A DNA stretch of 64,000 bases from Bacteroidia bacterium (GTDB lineage: Bacteria > Bacteroidota > Bacteroidia > AKYH767-A > OLB10). Numbering within the stretch: position 1 is the stretch's first letter; each line of letters begins with the position of its first letter. The DNA lies in assembly GCA_023262505.1 (NCBI GenBank), contig JALRAP010000001.1, positions 64,343-128,342 on the forward strand. Direction: 5' to 3'. Of this stretch, positions 37,400 to 48,001 are shown piece after piece. The notes below the pieces were generated by a model that did not search any database, was not told the DNA's origin, and saw nothing but the letters and a program-made list of their open reading frames with translations. The translations under genes were made by a program, and so were the position numbers.

Positions 37400-37816
37400 T
37401 TATCTGATCATCACTCCGCTTTTTCCAATCACAGGTATTTGCGAGAAATTCTCCTCCATGATTGTTTCGGGTAGAAAGGTGTACTTGCGGTCGTATATGG
37501 TGCTACCAATGTAGAAACTGACCCAATATTCGTTGTTCAGTCCGAACACTTGCCTGTCGATGGGTTCAACCCTGACCGCGCTCAATGGATCGATGTAATC
37601 GAAAAAATGCCGTAGCACGGAGGTCTTCACCTCTTCGCCTTCCGAAACACCGTAACCGCGGCTCGTTACGAGTACGCCATGCACCTGTTGCTTTTTGAGG
37701 TTGATGAGGAATACATCCCAAACCGTAAATTCATGCGGAGCCTCGTCCTCTCCCAAATCGGGCACAATGGCCAGCGCCATATCCTCTACTTTCAGTTCCG
37801 GTATATCTTTCAGCAT
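37400..37816 (-). CDS. hypothetical protein
   Basis: 138 aa ORF with good coding bias; no recognisable domain. Confidence 0.35.
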   Translation of the reverse strand: MLKDIPELKVEDMALAIVPDLGEDEAPHEFTVWDVFLINLKKQQVHGVLVTSRGYGVSEGEEVKTSVLRHFFDYIDPLSAVRVEPIDRQVFGLNNEYWVSFYIGSTIYDRKYTFLPETIMEENFSQIPVIGKSGVMIR

Positions 37817-37836
37817 TTTCTTTTATACTAGTTAAG

Positions 37837-38988
37837 TCAACTCTTGTTTCCGTAAATTTTCAAAACCTCTCCAAGGATAACAGGCATGTCCAAGGGTGTG
37901 CCTGTAGAATCCTTCTCGCCACGTTCGTGTCCGAGCCTGACGATGATGATGTTTTCTGATGGGATTACGAAAATATACTGCCCTAGAATTCCCCTTGCGT
38001 AATGAACCAATTTACCATCCTGCTCTCGAATCCACCATTGGAATCCATAGGATGCATTCGGCTTTTCGCCATCCAAAGTTGGTGCTGGAGTAAGAGCCTC
38101 ACGCACGTATGACTCGGATACTATTTGTCGGCCATTCCATTTGCCGTTTTGTAACATCAACTTACCGATACGAGCGAAGTCGCGTGCATTGGAATATATG
38201 CAGCAATAGGCTTTTTCATCTCCGGACTCATGATCGAGACTCCATTTAGCATCGTGCTCAGCACCTAATGGTATCCAAATTTTCTCGGAGGCATATTCAC
38301 TAACGGTTTTTCCAGTTGCGGCTTTTAGCACGAACGACAACACTTGAGAATCAGAACTTCGGTACTCAAATTTTTTACCTGGCTCCTCTTTCACGCACAA
38401 ATCGTTCATTTGCTCCCGCAACTTGGTATCGTAATAAGACCTCGTGGTGGGACTTGTAAGGCTGGTATATCCCTCGTCGTAATCCAGACCGGAACTCATG
38501 GTGAGCAAATGACGGATGGTAAGTTTTCGGTTTTCACCGTGATTGTATTCGGGGTAATACTTGTAAACAGGCTCATCGAGGCTTTTGATCTTTCCCTCAT
38601 CGAGAGCTATTCCAATCAAAATCCCAATAACGCTCTTCGCCATCGAGAAGGAATTTGAAAGTGATTCGGTTCCGTACCCCTCGTGGTATTGTTCATGACG
38701 GATGGAATCGTCCTTGATCACCAAAAACGCAACCGTTTTGTAGTGGTCTATGGTTTTTTGCAGCGTATCGGAAAGCGGAGCCTTGTTGTAATCGGGTCCC
38801 ATTGCCCAAGGCTCTGGGTTGCCTGCCTTGATTGTCCGTGTTGGAAACAAGTCCAAGTCATCTATGTCAACATAGTTGTAAACAAGCGCCTTGTAGTAAT
38901 ACCATTTGCCGGACAGGTAGAGGCCAATATTGCCTACCACCAAAGCCATCAACACAATATGCCACCAACGAATACTTCTTGTTTTCAT
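37837..38988 (-). CDS. serine hydrolase, beta-lactamase/PBP-like family
   Basis: N-terminal TM anchor; FSMAKSVIG contains an S-x-x-K active-site motif. Confidence 0.7.
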   Translation of the reverse strand: MKTRSIRWWHIVLMALVVGNIGLYLSGKWYYYKALVYNYVDIDDLDLFPTRTIKAGNPEPWAMGPDYNKAPLSDTLQKTIDHYKTVAFLVIKDDSIRHEQYHEGYGTESLSNSFSMAKSVIGILIGIALDEGKIKSLDEPVYKYYPEYNHGENRKLTIRHLLTMSSGLDYDEGYTSLTSPTTRSYYDTKLREQMNDLCVKEEPGKKFEYRSSDSQVLSFVLKAATGKTVSEYASEKIWIPLGAEHDAKWSLDHESGDEKAYCCIYSNARDFARIGKLMLQNGKWNGRQIVSESYVREALTPAPTLDGEKPNASYGFQWWIREQDGKLVHYARGILGQYIFVIPSENIIIVRLGHERGEKDSTGTPLDMPVILGEVLKIYGNKS

Positions 38989-39716
38989 GAGCTGAAATTA
39001 ATTGTTGATGGGTCGTTCTCTAAGCGGCATTCGAAAATACCCTCCAAATGGCGCTTTAACCTACCCTTCACCTCTTCCATATCCAATGTACGCCCCAGTT
39101 CTCGGCTTAATGAAGTCACCGCCTTGTCGGGAATGCCACAGGGGATAATGTGATTGAAGTAATCCAAATCCACATTAACATTGAATGCAAAGCCGTGCAT
39201 TGTTACCCAACGGCTACAACGCACACCGAAGGCGCATATCTTGCGGGCCTTGGCGGGGTCTTCTGCGTCAATCCAAACACCAGTCAGTTTTTCAATACGC
39301 GATGCCACAATACCATACTCCGCAAGCGTTCTGATGACAGCCTCCTCCAAATACCGCAAGTATCGATGGATATCATTGAAGAACCGATCGAGATCAAGAA
39401 TTGGATATCCTACAATCTGACCAGGCCCATGGTAGGTGATATCGCCGCCTCGGTTGATACGATAGAACACCGCCTGGTTCTCGCCAAGCTGTTGTTCATC
39501 AAGCAACAAGTGATCCTCTTTACCGCTTTTGCCGAGGGTGTATACATGCGGGTGCTCACAAAACAACAGGTGGTGCTTCGGATTGGTTGAATGGGCCTCA
39601 GGCTGATTTCGGGCCTCCATCTTTGCAGCAACGATTTGGGCAAGCAGTTGCTCCTGGTAATCCCAAGCCTGTTTATAATCCACGAGACCCAAGTCCTTGA
39701 AAAGCACCGTTTCCAT
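38985..39716 (-). CDS. lipB: lipoyl(octanoyl) transferase
   Basis: FCEHPHVYTLGKSGK..RGGDITYHGPGQIVGYPILDL. The ORF track extends to 39815, but Met34 (METVLFKDLG) gives the canonical ~244 aa protein. 4-nt overlap with the downstream gene. Confidence 0.8.
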   Translation of the reverse strand: METVLFKDLGLVDYKQAWDYQEQLLAQIVAAKMEARNQPEAHSTNPKHHLLFCEHPHVYTLGKSGKEDHLLLDEQQLGENQAVFYRINRGGDITYHGPGQIVGYPILDLDRFFNDIHRYLRYLEEAVIRTLAEYGIVASRIEKLTGVWIDAEDPAKARKICAFGVRCSRWVTMHGFAFNVNVDLDYFNHIIPCGIPDKAVTSLSRELGRTLDMEEVKGRLKRHLEGIFECRLENDPSTINFSS

Positions 39717-39779
39717 GTCACAAAGATAGCTAATTGGCTCGTGCTGACTCACTATCTTTGCATTCACAAAACACACTCT

Positions 39780-40763
39780 ATGGAATACAGGAAACTCGGT
39801 TCGGCAGGCGTACAAGTAAGCGCATTGTCGTTCGGCACTTGGCTCACTTTCGGAAAGCAGATAAGCGATGAGATCGCGGAAGAGTTGATGATCACCGCTT
39901 ATGAAGGCGGCGTTAATTTTTTCGACAATGCTGAGATATACGCCCGAGGCAAGTCGGAGATTGTGATGGGAAACATCCTCAAGAAGCTGAATTGGGACCG
40001 CTCCTCATATTTGGTTTCAAGCAAGGTTTTTTTCGGGCTTGGCGATACCAAACCCAACCAACGAGGACTGTCGCGCAAACACATTGTGGAAGGTTGCCAT
40101 GGGGCGATGAAGCGACTGCAAGTAGATTACATCGATTTGTTTTTCTGTCACCGCCCCGATAAAAGCACTCCCATTGAGGAAACCGTTTGGGCGATGCATA
40201 ACCTGATCCAGCAAGGCAAGATCCTGTATTGGGGAACTTCTGAATGGAACGCCTCTGAGCTAATGGAGGCGGTAATGGTGGCCAAAACGCATAATCTTAT
40301 CGGTCCAACCATGGAGCAGCCAGAATACAATATGTTCCGTAGGGAAAAGCTGGAGCATGAGTATTTGCATCTGTTCCAACATCACGGACTTGGAACAACC
40401 ATTTGGTCGCCGCTCGCCTCTGGATTGTTATCAGGCAAATACCTGAATGGTTTTCCAGATGACACACGCTTGGGCATAGAGGGCATGGACTGGCTGAAAA
40501 ACCGTGTGCTTCGCGAAGAAAAGATCGAGAAGGTTCGCAAAATCAAAAACATTGCCGATGGCCTGGGTCTGTCGCTCGCAAAATTTTCTCTTGCCTGGTG
40601 TTTGAAGAACAAAAACGTGAGCACAGTTATACTCGGCGCTTCCAAGGTTCACCAATTGAAAGAGAATCTGGAGGCTATGGATGCATCGGCTTTGTTGACG
40701 CCTGAAATCATGGCGGAAATAGATGTGATATTGGACAACAAGCCTGTGCTGCCTGATTTTTAA
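39780..40763 (+). CDS. aldo/keto reductase (Kv-beta-subunit-like)
   Basis: MEYRKLGSAGVQVSALSFGTWLTFG...GGVNFFDNAEIYA; an in-frame Met inside the ORF 39591-40763. Confidence 0.8.
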   Translation: MEYRKLGSAGVQVSALSFGTWLTFGKQISDEIAEELMITAYEGGVNFFDNAEIYARGKSEIVMGNILKKLNWDRSSYLVSSKVFFGLGDTKPNQRGLSRKHIVEGCHGAMKRLQVDYIDLFFCHRPDKSTPIEETVWAMHNLIQQGKILYWGTSEWNASELMEAVMVAKTHNLIGPTMEQPEYNMFRREKLEHEYLHLFQHHGLGTTIWSPLASGLLSGKYLNGFPDDTRLGIEGMDWLKNRVLREEKIEKVRKIKNIADGLGLSLAKFSLAWCLKNKNVSTVILGASKVHQLKENLEAMDASALLTPEIMAEIDVILDNKPVLPDF

Positions 40764-40800
40764 TCAGGCTAATATTTTTTCAGAAATCGTAGTTAATTGG

Positions 40801-41784
40801 TCAGATCTTACCTAATTCTCCTTTGAGGTAATCGATCACCTTTACCTCGGTGGCATCAATGTTTTTGATTTCGGAGAGGTACCAGGAAACCCAGTCGCCG
40901 AAGTGCACCAAATACATGGATCTTTGAAGGTGGGTGGCGCCTTTTGAGTAGACTTCGAAAACGTAAGGCGTGTACTTCGAGACAATTCCTTTGGTGAGCT
41001 CCATGCGTGCAGCGGTGCGCTCGTAATCGGTTTCATTCCTGAAAAAGACCACGGCCAACTTGTCGTTTGAAGTTGTCCAACCCACCAGTTCATTGTGGTT
41101 CATCTCCGGTAGGGCATGATGCCAACAAAGCATCTTGGAGTTTTCATTGATTTGTTGACGGAACCTGACACAAACACCCTCGTAATCGGCTTGCGAATAA
41201 ATTACCGGGATTTTGCGGTGAAGTTTTTCGGCGAGATAGTAGGCTTCCGAACAAATATGCTCCTCCTCATGATCTAACAGGTGGATGGTGGCTTCCAAAT
41301 CCTTCTTAAAACCATCGCTGATCAGACCGAAACCATTCAACACATAAAAGAGTTGAGTGAGCGAATATGCCAGACAAGCCCTAGGTGGCATCCCGCCAGG
41401 AATCACGATATGATCGAGGCCCGAGGACTGTGCGATCTCCAATATCTTGCCGCCAGAAGTGACACAAACGACGGTAGCGCCTCGCTGCAAAGCCAACTCC
41501 AAAGCAGCAACCGTTTCTTCGGTATTGCCGGAATAAGACGATGCGATTACTAAAGTATCTGTTCCTACGAATGCTGGGATGAAATAATCCTTGTTCACCA
41601 CTACAGGAATGGTGATTTCTTTTTCAACCACCTGTGCGATGATGCTTCCGCCGATGCCGGAACCACCCAAACCGGTGATCAATACGTTGGAAAAAGGCTT
41701 GTCCGATTTGGAAAAAACGGCCTTTTCGCCGATGTCCATGGCTTGCCGTAGTTGAGCAGTAAAGGAGGCTATGAGTTCTTTCAT
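40801..41784 (-). CDS. bifunctional phosphoglucose/phosphomannose isomerase family (SIS domain)
   Basis: NVLITGLGGSGIGGSII...LVIASSYSGNTEET SIS signatures. Confidence 0.65.
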   Translation of the reverse strand: MKELIASFTAQLRQAMDIGEKAVFSKSDKPFSNVLITGLGGSGIGGSIIAQVVEKEITIPVVVNKDYFIPAFVGTDTLVIASSYSGNTEETVAALELALQRGATVVCVTSGGKILEIAQSSGLDHIVIPGGMPPRACLAYSLTQLFYVLNGFGLISDGFKKDLEATIHLLDHEEEHICSEAYYLAEKLHRKIPVIYSQADYEGVCVRFRQQINENSKMLCWHHALPEMNHNELVGWTTSNDKLAVVFFRNETDYERTAARMELTKGIVSKYTPYVFEVYSKGATHLQRSMYLVHFGDWVSWYLSEIKNIDATEVKVIDYLKGELGKI

Positions 41785-41857
41785 ATTGGTTTGGAGCGCA
41801 AGGCAAATTTAGGAAATAGGCTGCAAAATTCAACTTGGCCATACTTATCTTTGGGAT

Positions 41858-42583
41858 ATGCGATTATTAACGGTGCTTCTGACTTTCCTTTTCATTGCCT
41901 GCGGCACAAGCAAGGATGGAGATTTCACTATGTTTTCTGTTGAGGAGGATTTGGCACTTGGACAAGAGCTCGCTCAAAGCATCAGCTCCGACCCCGCCAA
42001 TTATCCACTTCTCGACAGAGCGGAATCACCTTCATCCTATGCCCTACTCGACCGAATTTTAAAACACATTCTTTCATCTAAAAACATCCTACATCGCGAT
42101 GAAATGGCCTGGGAGCTGCATATAATCGATAACGACTCAATACAAAACGCCTTTTGCACCCCTGGTGGATTCATTTACGTCTACACGGGCTTGATGAAGT
42201 TTGTGGAGTCTGAAGACGAACTGGCTGGTATCATTGCCCATGAGGTGGCTCATGGAGATTTACGACACTCTACCGACCAGTTGACCAAACAATACGGCAT
42301 CCAAGTACTCATTGCGCTGCTTACAGATTCAGATACCCGTTTGCTAGCCGACATCGGCGCAAGCCTGGTTCAGTTGACATACAGCCGAAGCGACGAATCG
42401 GAGGCCGACCGATATGCGGTAAGATATTTAAAAGATACGCCTTATAATCCTACCGCTTTCGCGGATTTCTTTCAGAGGATGCAGGAGAAAGACGGGGACT
42501 TGGGCATGTTCCAATTCTTAAGCACGCACCCCGATCCCGGTAATCGTGTGGAGAAAATCAAAGAGGAAGTGCTGGCGAACTGA
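41858..42583 (+). CDS. M48-family zinc metallopeptidase lipoprotein
   Basis: Lipobox FIACG; HEVAHGDLRH contains HExxH; NAFCTPGGFIYVYTGL is typical of M48. Confidence 0.7.
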   Translation: MRLLTVLLTFLFIACGTSKDGDFTMFSVEEDLALGQELAQSISSDPANYPLLDRAESPSSYALLDRILKHILSSKNILHRDEMAWELHIIDNDSIQNAFCTPGGFIYVYTGLMKFVESEDELAGIIAHEVAHGDLRHSTDQLTKQYGIQVLIALLTDSDTRLLADIGASLVQLTYSRSDESEADRYAVRYLKDTPYNPTAFADFFQRMQEKDGDLGMFQFLSTHPDPGNRVEKIKEEVLAN

Positions 42584-42595
42584 TTAAAGTACGAT

Positions 42596-43693
42596 TCAAG
42601 GATTCTGATCGCCTTTTTCAGCAAACTCTTGCAGCATCTTCGCTTGCAAACGGATGGCTTCATCGTGTATTTGTAAAAACACATTCCTCACAAACTCTTC
42701 GTTTAATCCGTTGGTGCGTGCGATAGCCATACAATTGTCGATGATTTCCTTCCAGCGTTCCAGTTGCAATACGCTCACATTGTTGGCACGCTTCAAATCT
42801 CCCAACTCGCTAATCAGTTCCACTCGCTTTACTAAGATATCCAAAAGTTGCAGATCAAGTTTGTCGATACGGCTACGAAGCTCCCCCACTTGATCAATCG
42901 CATCGGTTTCATCGAATGATCGTACTCTTTGGGTTAGTCCGTTCACGATTCTGAAAAGGGTTTCGGGATCCACTTGCTGGTCGGAATCACTCAATGCATT
43001 GGCAGGATCTGCATGTGTTTCGATCATCAAACCTTCCAAATCCAAATCATACGCCTGTTGTGCGATAGCCCTAAGATGGGATGTGCTTCCAGCAATGTGG
43101 CTAATGTCGCAGATTACCGGTAGCTCCGGATGGATGGATTTCAAAGCATGCACAAGCTGCCACCTCGGCACATTTCGGTATCCTGAATTCTCGTAAGCGT
43201 GAAATCCACGATGTATGGCAGCTATATTTTCAATACCCAATCGTTGGAACCGTTCTATACCACCAATCCACAATTGCAGATCGGGGTGCAAAGGATTTTT
43301 TACCAACACCGGCATTCTGGTTCCACGAAGGGATTCTGCAAGCTCCTGCACCAAAAAAGGATTGCCTGTTGTTCGTGCACCAATCCAGAAAATGTCGATT
43401 CCCGCTTTCAAAGCGGCTTCCACATGCTGAGGAGTTGCTACCTCGGTGGCGGTCTTGAGGCCCGCTTCCTTGCCTGCTTCTTTCAACCATTTCAAACCAT
43501 CAACACCTGAGCCCTCGAAATTCCCGGGACGAGTACGAGGCTTCCATGAACCCGCTCTGAGAATGGCTTTAGGAAATCTGGCTGCAATACCATGCGCAGT
43601 ATCCAACATTTGCTTGGCAGATTCTGCACTGCAGGGTCCTGCTATAAGCACTTTATCGGCATCCGCCTTTAGCCATTGGGATTTTGATTGCAC
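42596..43693 (-). CDS. bifunctional 3-deoxy-7-phosphoheptulonate synthase (type I-beta) / chorismate mutase
   Basis: N-terminal KDO8PS-like DAHP synthase (LIAGPCSAES...GARTTGNP) and a C-terminal AroQ-type chorismate mutase (LRSRIDKLDLQLLDILVKRVEL). Confidence 0.75.
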   Translation of the reverse strand: MQSKSQWLKADADKVLIAGPCSAESAKQMLDTAHGIAARFPKAILRAGSWKPRTRPGNFEGSGVDGLKWLKEAGKEAGLKTATEVATPQHVEAALKAGIDIFWIGARTTGNPFLVQELAESLRGTRMPVLVKNPLHPDLQLWIGGIERFQRLGIENIAAIHRGFHAYENSGYRNVPRWQLVHALKSIHPELPVICDISHIAGSTSHLRAIAQQAYDLDLEGLMIETHADPANALSDSDQQVDPETLFRIVNGLTQRVRSFDETDAIDQVGELRSRIDKLDLQLLDILVKRVELISELGDLKRANNVSVLQLERWKEIIDNCMAIARTNGLNEEFVRNVFLQIHDEAIRLQAKMLQEFAEKGDQNP

Positions 43694-43815
43694 GGATTGC
43701 GAGAATTGTTTTATCGTTAGGACCGCAAAGGTAGGTCAATCATATTTGGCGATGGATTATTCCCTGTTTTTTTGGTTCCTTTGTTAAAGGAACCTGCACC
43801 ATTTTTGATCTACCC

Positions 43816-45357
43816 ATGAATCACAAAATCAAACAGTTAGATGACAAGACCTCCGCAGCTTTACAAGGTGGGGGCGCAAAGCGGATAGAGGCACAGCACA
43901 AGAAAGGCAAGCTTACAGCTCGCGAACGCTTGCATTTCCTGCTAGACGAAGGCTCATTTGAGGAAATCGGGATGCTGGTTACTCATCGCTCCCGCGACTT
44001 CGGCCTCGATAAGGAAGTATATCCCGGCGACGGCGTTGTAACGGGCTATGGAACCATACACGGACGATTGGTTTATGTGTACTCCCAAGACTTCACCGTT
44101 TTTGGTGGATCCCTTTCTGAGACACATGCCCAGAAAATCTGCCGCATAATGGATTTGGCCATGCAAAACGGAGCACCTGTTATTGGTTTGAATGACTCTG
44201 GAGGCGCACGTATCCAAGAAGGTGTTGTTTCACTTGGCGGTTATGCCGATATCTTTTACCGAAATACCCTTGCATCAGGAGTAGTGCCGCAAATTAGCGC
44301 CATTATGGGACCCTGCGCTGGCGGAGCCGTATACTCGCCTGCCATAACCGACTTCATCATGATGGTGGAAAACACTTCCTACATGTTTGTTACAGGGCCC
44401 AATGTTGTAAAAACTGTTACACACGAAGAAGTTACGTCGGAAGAATTAGGCGGTGCATCTACCCACTCAACCAAATCAGGTGTTACTCATTTTTCATGTG
44501 CCAATGAGATTGAGTGCATCAACAACATCAAAACGCTGCTGAGTTATATCCCTTCCAATTGCGAAGACGAGCCCCCATTCATACCATATGACGCAACTGA
44601 TGAAACACGTACGGCTCTTCAAAGCATTATACCTGATAACCCGAATCAACCATACGACATTCGTGAGGTGATAAACCATGTGATTGATGAAGGAAGCTTT
44701 TTCGAAGTGCACAAGAATTTCGCCGAGAATATCGTGGTGGGATTCGCTCGAATCGGTGGTAGGAGCATCGGCGTAGTGGCCAACCAACCGGCTTTCCTGG
44801 CAGGTGTGCTCGACATCCATGCCTCTACAAAAGCTGCACGATTCGTCAGGTTCTGCGACTCATTCAATGTTCCGTTGTTAGTCTTTGAAGATGTCCCAGG
44901 ATTCCTTCCCGGTACCGACCAAGAATGGAATGGCATCATAACCAATGGCGCCAAACTTCTATATGCATTCTGCGAAGCAACAGTGCCGCGCATCACAGTA
45001 ATCACCCGTAAAGCATACGGTGGTGCTTATGATGTAATGAACTCGAAACACATCGGCGCCGACATGAACTATGCATGGCCTACTGCTGAAATCGCCGTAA
45101 TGGGAGCCAAAGGCGCTGCGGAAATCATCTTCCGAAAGGAAATCAGTGAAGCAGCCCAACCAGAGGTAAAACTGAAGGAAAAAGAAAAAGAATACACGGA
45201 TATGTTTGCCAACCCTTATAAAGCCGCTGAGCGTGGCTATGTGGATGAGGTGATCCGTCCGGAAGAAACCCGCCAAAAACTGATCAAAGCCTTCAAGATG
45301 CTCGAGAACAAAGTGGCGAACCTGCCCAAGAAAAAACACGGAAACATTCCACTTTGA
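43816..45357 (+). CDS. acyl-CoA carboxylase carboxyltransferase subunit (propionyl-CoA carboxylase beta / methylmalonyl-CoA carboxyltransferase family)
   Basis: 513 aa; [28 protein letters not shown] and a tandem crotonase-like fold. Confidence 0.85.
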   Translation: MNHKIKQLDDKTSAALQGGGAKRIEAQHKKGKLTARERLHFLLDEGSFEEIGMLVTHRSRDFGLDKEVYPGDGVVTGYGTIHGRLVYVYSQDFTVFGGSLSETHAQKICRIMDLAMQNGAPVIGLNDSGGARIQEGVVSLGGYADIFYRNTLASGVVPQISAIMGPCAGGAVYSPAITDFIMMVENTSYMFVTGPNVVKTVTHEEVTSEELGGASTHSTKSGVTHFSCANEIECINNIKTLLSYIPSNCEDEPPFIPYDATDETRTALQSIIPDNPNQPYDIREVINHVIDEGSFFEVHKNFAENIVVGFARIGGRSIGVVANQPAFLAGVLDIHASTKAARFVRFCDSFNVPLLVFEDVPGFLPGTDQEWNGIITNGAKLLYAFCEATVPRITVITRKAYGGAYDVMNSKHIGADMNYAWPTAEIAVMGAKGAAEIIFRKEISEAAQPEVKLKEKEKEYTDMFANPYKAAERGYVDEVIRPEETRQKLIKAFKMLENKVANLPKKKHGNIPL

Positions 45358-45389
45358 TCATTCCTCCAATTCAATAATACGATTCAATT

Positions 45390-46673
45390 ATGAATATCCT
45401 ACTCATCGGCTCAGGAGGAAGGGAAAACGCCATCGCTTGGAAGCTTGTGCAGAGCCCGAAATGTGATAAACTTTTCATCGCTCCTGGTAACGCAGGCAGC
45501 CAGCGCTTCGGCATCAACCTTCCTGTATCCGGAACGGATTTCGATGGTCTGAAAAATGCCGTGCTTCAAAACGATATACGAATGTTGGTGGTAGGGCCTG
45601 AGGATCCTTTAGTGAAGGGAGTGCGCGACTTCTTTGAGACAGATGCTGAACTCAAGCATGTGATGGTAATCGGACCGGGAAAAGCAGGCGCCATGTTGGA
45701 GGGCAGCAAGGATTTTTCAAAGAAATTCATGTTCCGGAACTCCGTGCCAACGGCACGATATGCCACCTTTGATGCATCAACGATTCAAGATGGATACAAT
45801 TTCCTAGAAACGCTCAAAGCGCCTTACGTGCTCAAGGCAGATGGATTGGCTGCGGGAAAAGGTGTACTGATCATACAAAACCTAGAAGAGGCCAAAAGGG
45901 AGTTGCACGCAATGTTGGTTGATTCGAAATTCGGCAACGCCTCCTCAACTGTTGTTATCGAAGAATTTTTGAAGGGCATAGAACTAAGCGTTTTCGTTTT
46001 GACCAACGGTAAACAATATGTGATTTTGCCTGAAGCCAAAGACTACAAACGCATCGGGGAGGGCGATACCGGACCGAATACCGGCGGGATGGGGGCTGTT
46101 TCTCCTGTTCCTTTCGCGGATGAAACATTCATGCAAAAGGTAGAAACCCGCATAGTTAAGCCTACCATTGATGGGCTTCACAAGGAGGGTATTCCTTATA
46201 CGGGATTTGTTTTCATTGGGCTGATGAATGTGGATGGAGAGCCTTTTGTGATCGAATACAATGCCCGCATGGGCGACCCTGAAACCGAAGTGGTGGTGCC
46301 CCGGATCAAAAACGATTTGGTTCAATTGTTTGAAGACACTGCCAACTTGCGGTTGGATCAAGTCCGGTTAGATATATCAACCGAAACCGCTTTAACGGTA
46401 ATCCTGGCTTCAAAGGGCTATCCGGGCGACATCGAAAAAGGGAAAACCATTCACGGATTGGAAACATGTTCAGATAGCCTGGTTTTTCATGCAGGGACCT
46501 CCGAGAGAGAAGGCGCTATCATAACATCAGGGGGGCGGGTATTGGCTATCACATCCATGGCACCATCAATTGAGGAAGCACAGAAAAAATCAATGGCATG
46601 CGCAAATGCCATCTCATTCGAGGGAAAATATTTCAGAAAAGATATAGGCGACGACTTAAAAGGAGTCGTCTAA
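45390..46673 (+). CDS. purD: phosphoribosylamine--glycine ligase
   Basis: MNILLIGSGGRENAIAWKL N-terminus, ATP-grasp signature, 427 aa. Confidence 0.9.
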   Translation: MNILLIGSGGRENAIAWKLVQSPKCDKLFIAPGNAGSQRFGINLPVSGTDFDGLKNAVLQNDIRMLVVGPEDPLVKGVRDFFETDAELKHVMVIGPGKAGAMLEGSKDFSKKFMFRNSVPTARYATFDASTIQDGYNFLETLKAPYVLKADGLAAGKGVLIIQNLEEAKRELHAMLVDSKFGNASSTVVIEEFLKGIELSVFVLTNGKQYVILPEAKDYKRIGEGDTGPNTGGMGAVSPVPFADETFMQKVETRIVKPTIDGLHKEGIPYTGFVFIGLMNVDGEPFVIEYNARMGDPETEVVVPRIKNDLVQLFEDTANLRLDQVRLDISTETALTVILASKGYPGDIEKGKTIHGLETCSDSLVFHAGTSEREGAIITSGGRVLAITSMAPSIEEAQKKSMACANAISFEGKYFRKDIGDDLKGVV

Positions 46674-46725
46674 TATTGGGGAGAAAAATTCCAGAACTGT
46701 CGATTGTTGGATTAACCAACCGTCA

Positions 46726-47025
46726 TTACTTGTTCTCAGAAAGGTAATTGCGACCTCCCTTACGAACTTGCTCTCCGTACCACAACCAATAGAAAGTGCC
46801 AACAAAACCGACTATGATGAAGAAGATATTGATATATCTTCCGAAGGGTTTTGCCGCAGCAAAAATCCAACCAAATAAATCGGCTATTCCGTACCAGATA
46901 GCATCCATGACTTTTCTAATTTTCCACAAAATTAACTGATTTTTGAATCTACAGCAAACTCTCTTACCATCCATTGTAATTGAACCCAATAGATGACTCA
47001 ATAGCATGATTGTCAACGCATTCAA
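46726..47025 (-). CDS. hypothetical small membrane protein (probably shorter, starting at the MDAIWYG Met)
   Basis: The C-terminal 60 aa have two hydrophobic helices and good coding statistics; the N-terminal extension is doubtful. Confidence 0.3.
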   Translation of the reverse strand: MNALTIMLLSHLLGSITMDGKRVCCRFKNQLILWKIRKVMDAIWYGIADLFGWIFAAAKPFGRYINIFFIIVGFVGTFYWLWYGEQVRKGGRNYLSENK

Positions 47026-47992
47026 AGAGTCTAACCCGATTGGTTACCTGATTGCCATACTGGGGCTAGGTGCGGCATTGGTTTTTTGGGGGCACTTCGA
47101 AGTGATGGTAGATCCTTCGGAAAGCATGCCACTATACCGGGTTTTAACCTCGGTTGTCTCACATCTACCAGGCTGGGGAGTGGGTTGCCTGGTGTTTCTT
47201 TTGATAGGTTCTCAAGCCTACCACTGGAATACGGTGGCTACCAATCATGAGGTGTTGTACAAGAAATCGTTGTTGCCCCTATTGTTGTTTATAGTTTATG
47301 CAGCTTCATTGCCGGTCTTTCTTTCATTGAACCCGGTTCTGCCCGTCATTTCACTCACAGTAATCATTCTTGACAAGCTTTTCAAAATCTATAAAAACCA
47401 GAACCCTTTAAGCTTGGTTTTCGATGCGGCCTTCTTGTCTGGCATTTGCACCCTTTTCTGGTTTCCAGCCCTGTTGTTGATTCCCTTTTTGTTGATAGCA
47501 GTAGTTATACTAAAACCGATAAATCTTCGAGATATTGTAGTACTGATGATCGGTTTTTGCACGCCCTTTATACTGGCATTTGTTTGCTTGTTTTTCTTTG
47601 ATAAAGGCCCTATTGGCGAAATCCTGTTTCCTTTTTCTCGACTGGAATTCCAATTGAATCCGATGGAGGTAATGCAAAAAGAAGGATTCTTCATATCCAT
47701 GGTGATTGTGACAATGATTCTTTCCGTGTGGCGCATCAACCGCAACTTTTACAAGAACGCAACTCGTGTGAGGATTTACCAGCAAACCGTTTTTTTATTG
47801 TTGCTTTTCATAATCATAGGCGTTTGGGCCAGTGGCAAAGACCATGGCTACGGATACTATTTCATGTCGATACCTTTTGCCACCTTGGTGCCTTATTATT
47901 TTTTAGCGGGCAAAAAGAAATGGTGGAGCGAAATCTTTTTCCTGATTATCATCCTCTGCTTAATTGCTTCTCAAACGGGATTCACATTCTGA
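47006..47992 (+). CDS. hypothetical polytopic membrane protein
   Basis: 328 aa, ~9 TM helices; no catalytic motif recognised. Confidence 0.45.
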   Translation: MIVNAFKESNPIGYLIAILGLGAALVFWGHFEVMVDPSESMPLYRVLTSVVSHLPGWGVGCLVFLLIGSQAYHWNTVATNHEVLYKKSLLPLLLFIVYAASLPVFLSLNPVLPVISLTVIILDKLFKIYKNQNPLSLVFDAAFLSGICTLFWFPALLLIPFLLIAVVILKPINLRDIVVLMIGFCTPFILAFVCLFFFDKGPIGEILFPFSRLEFQLNPMEVMQKEGFFISMVIVTMILSVWRINRNFYKNATRVRIYQQTVFLLLLFIIIGVWASGKDHGYGYYFMSIPFATLVPYYFLAGKKKWWSEIFFLIIILCLIASQTGFTF

Positions 47993-48001
47993 TTTGCACT
48001 T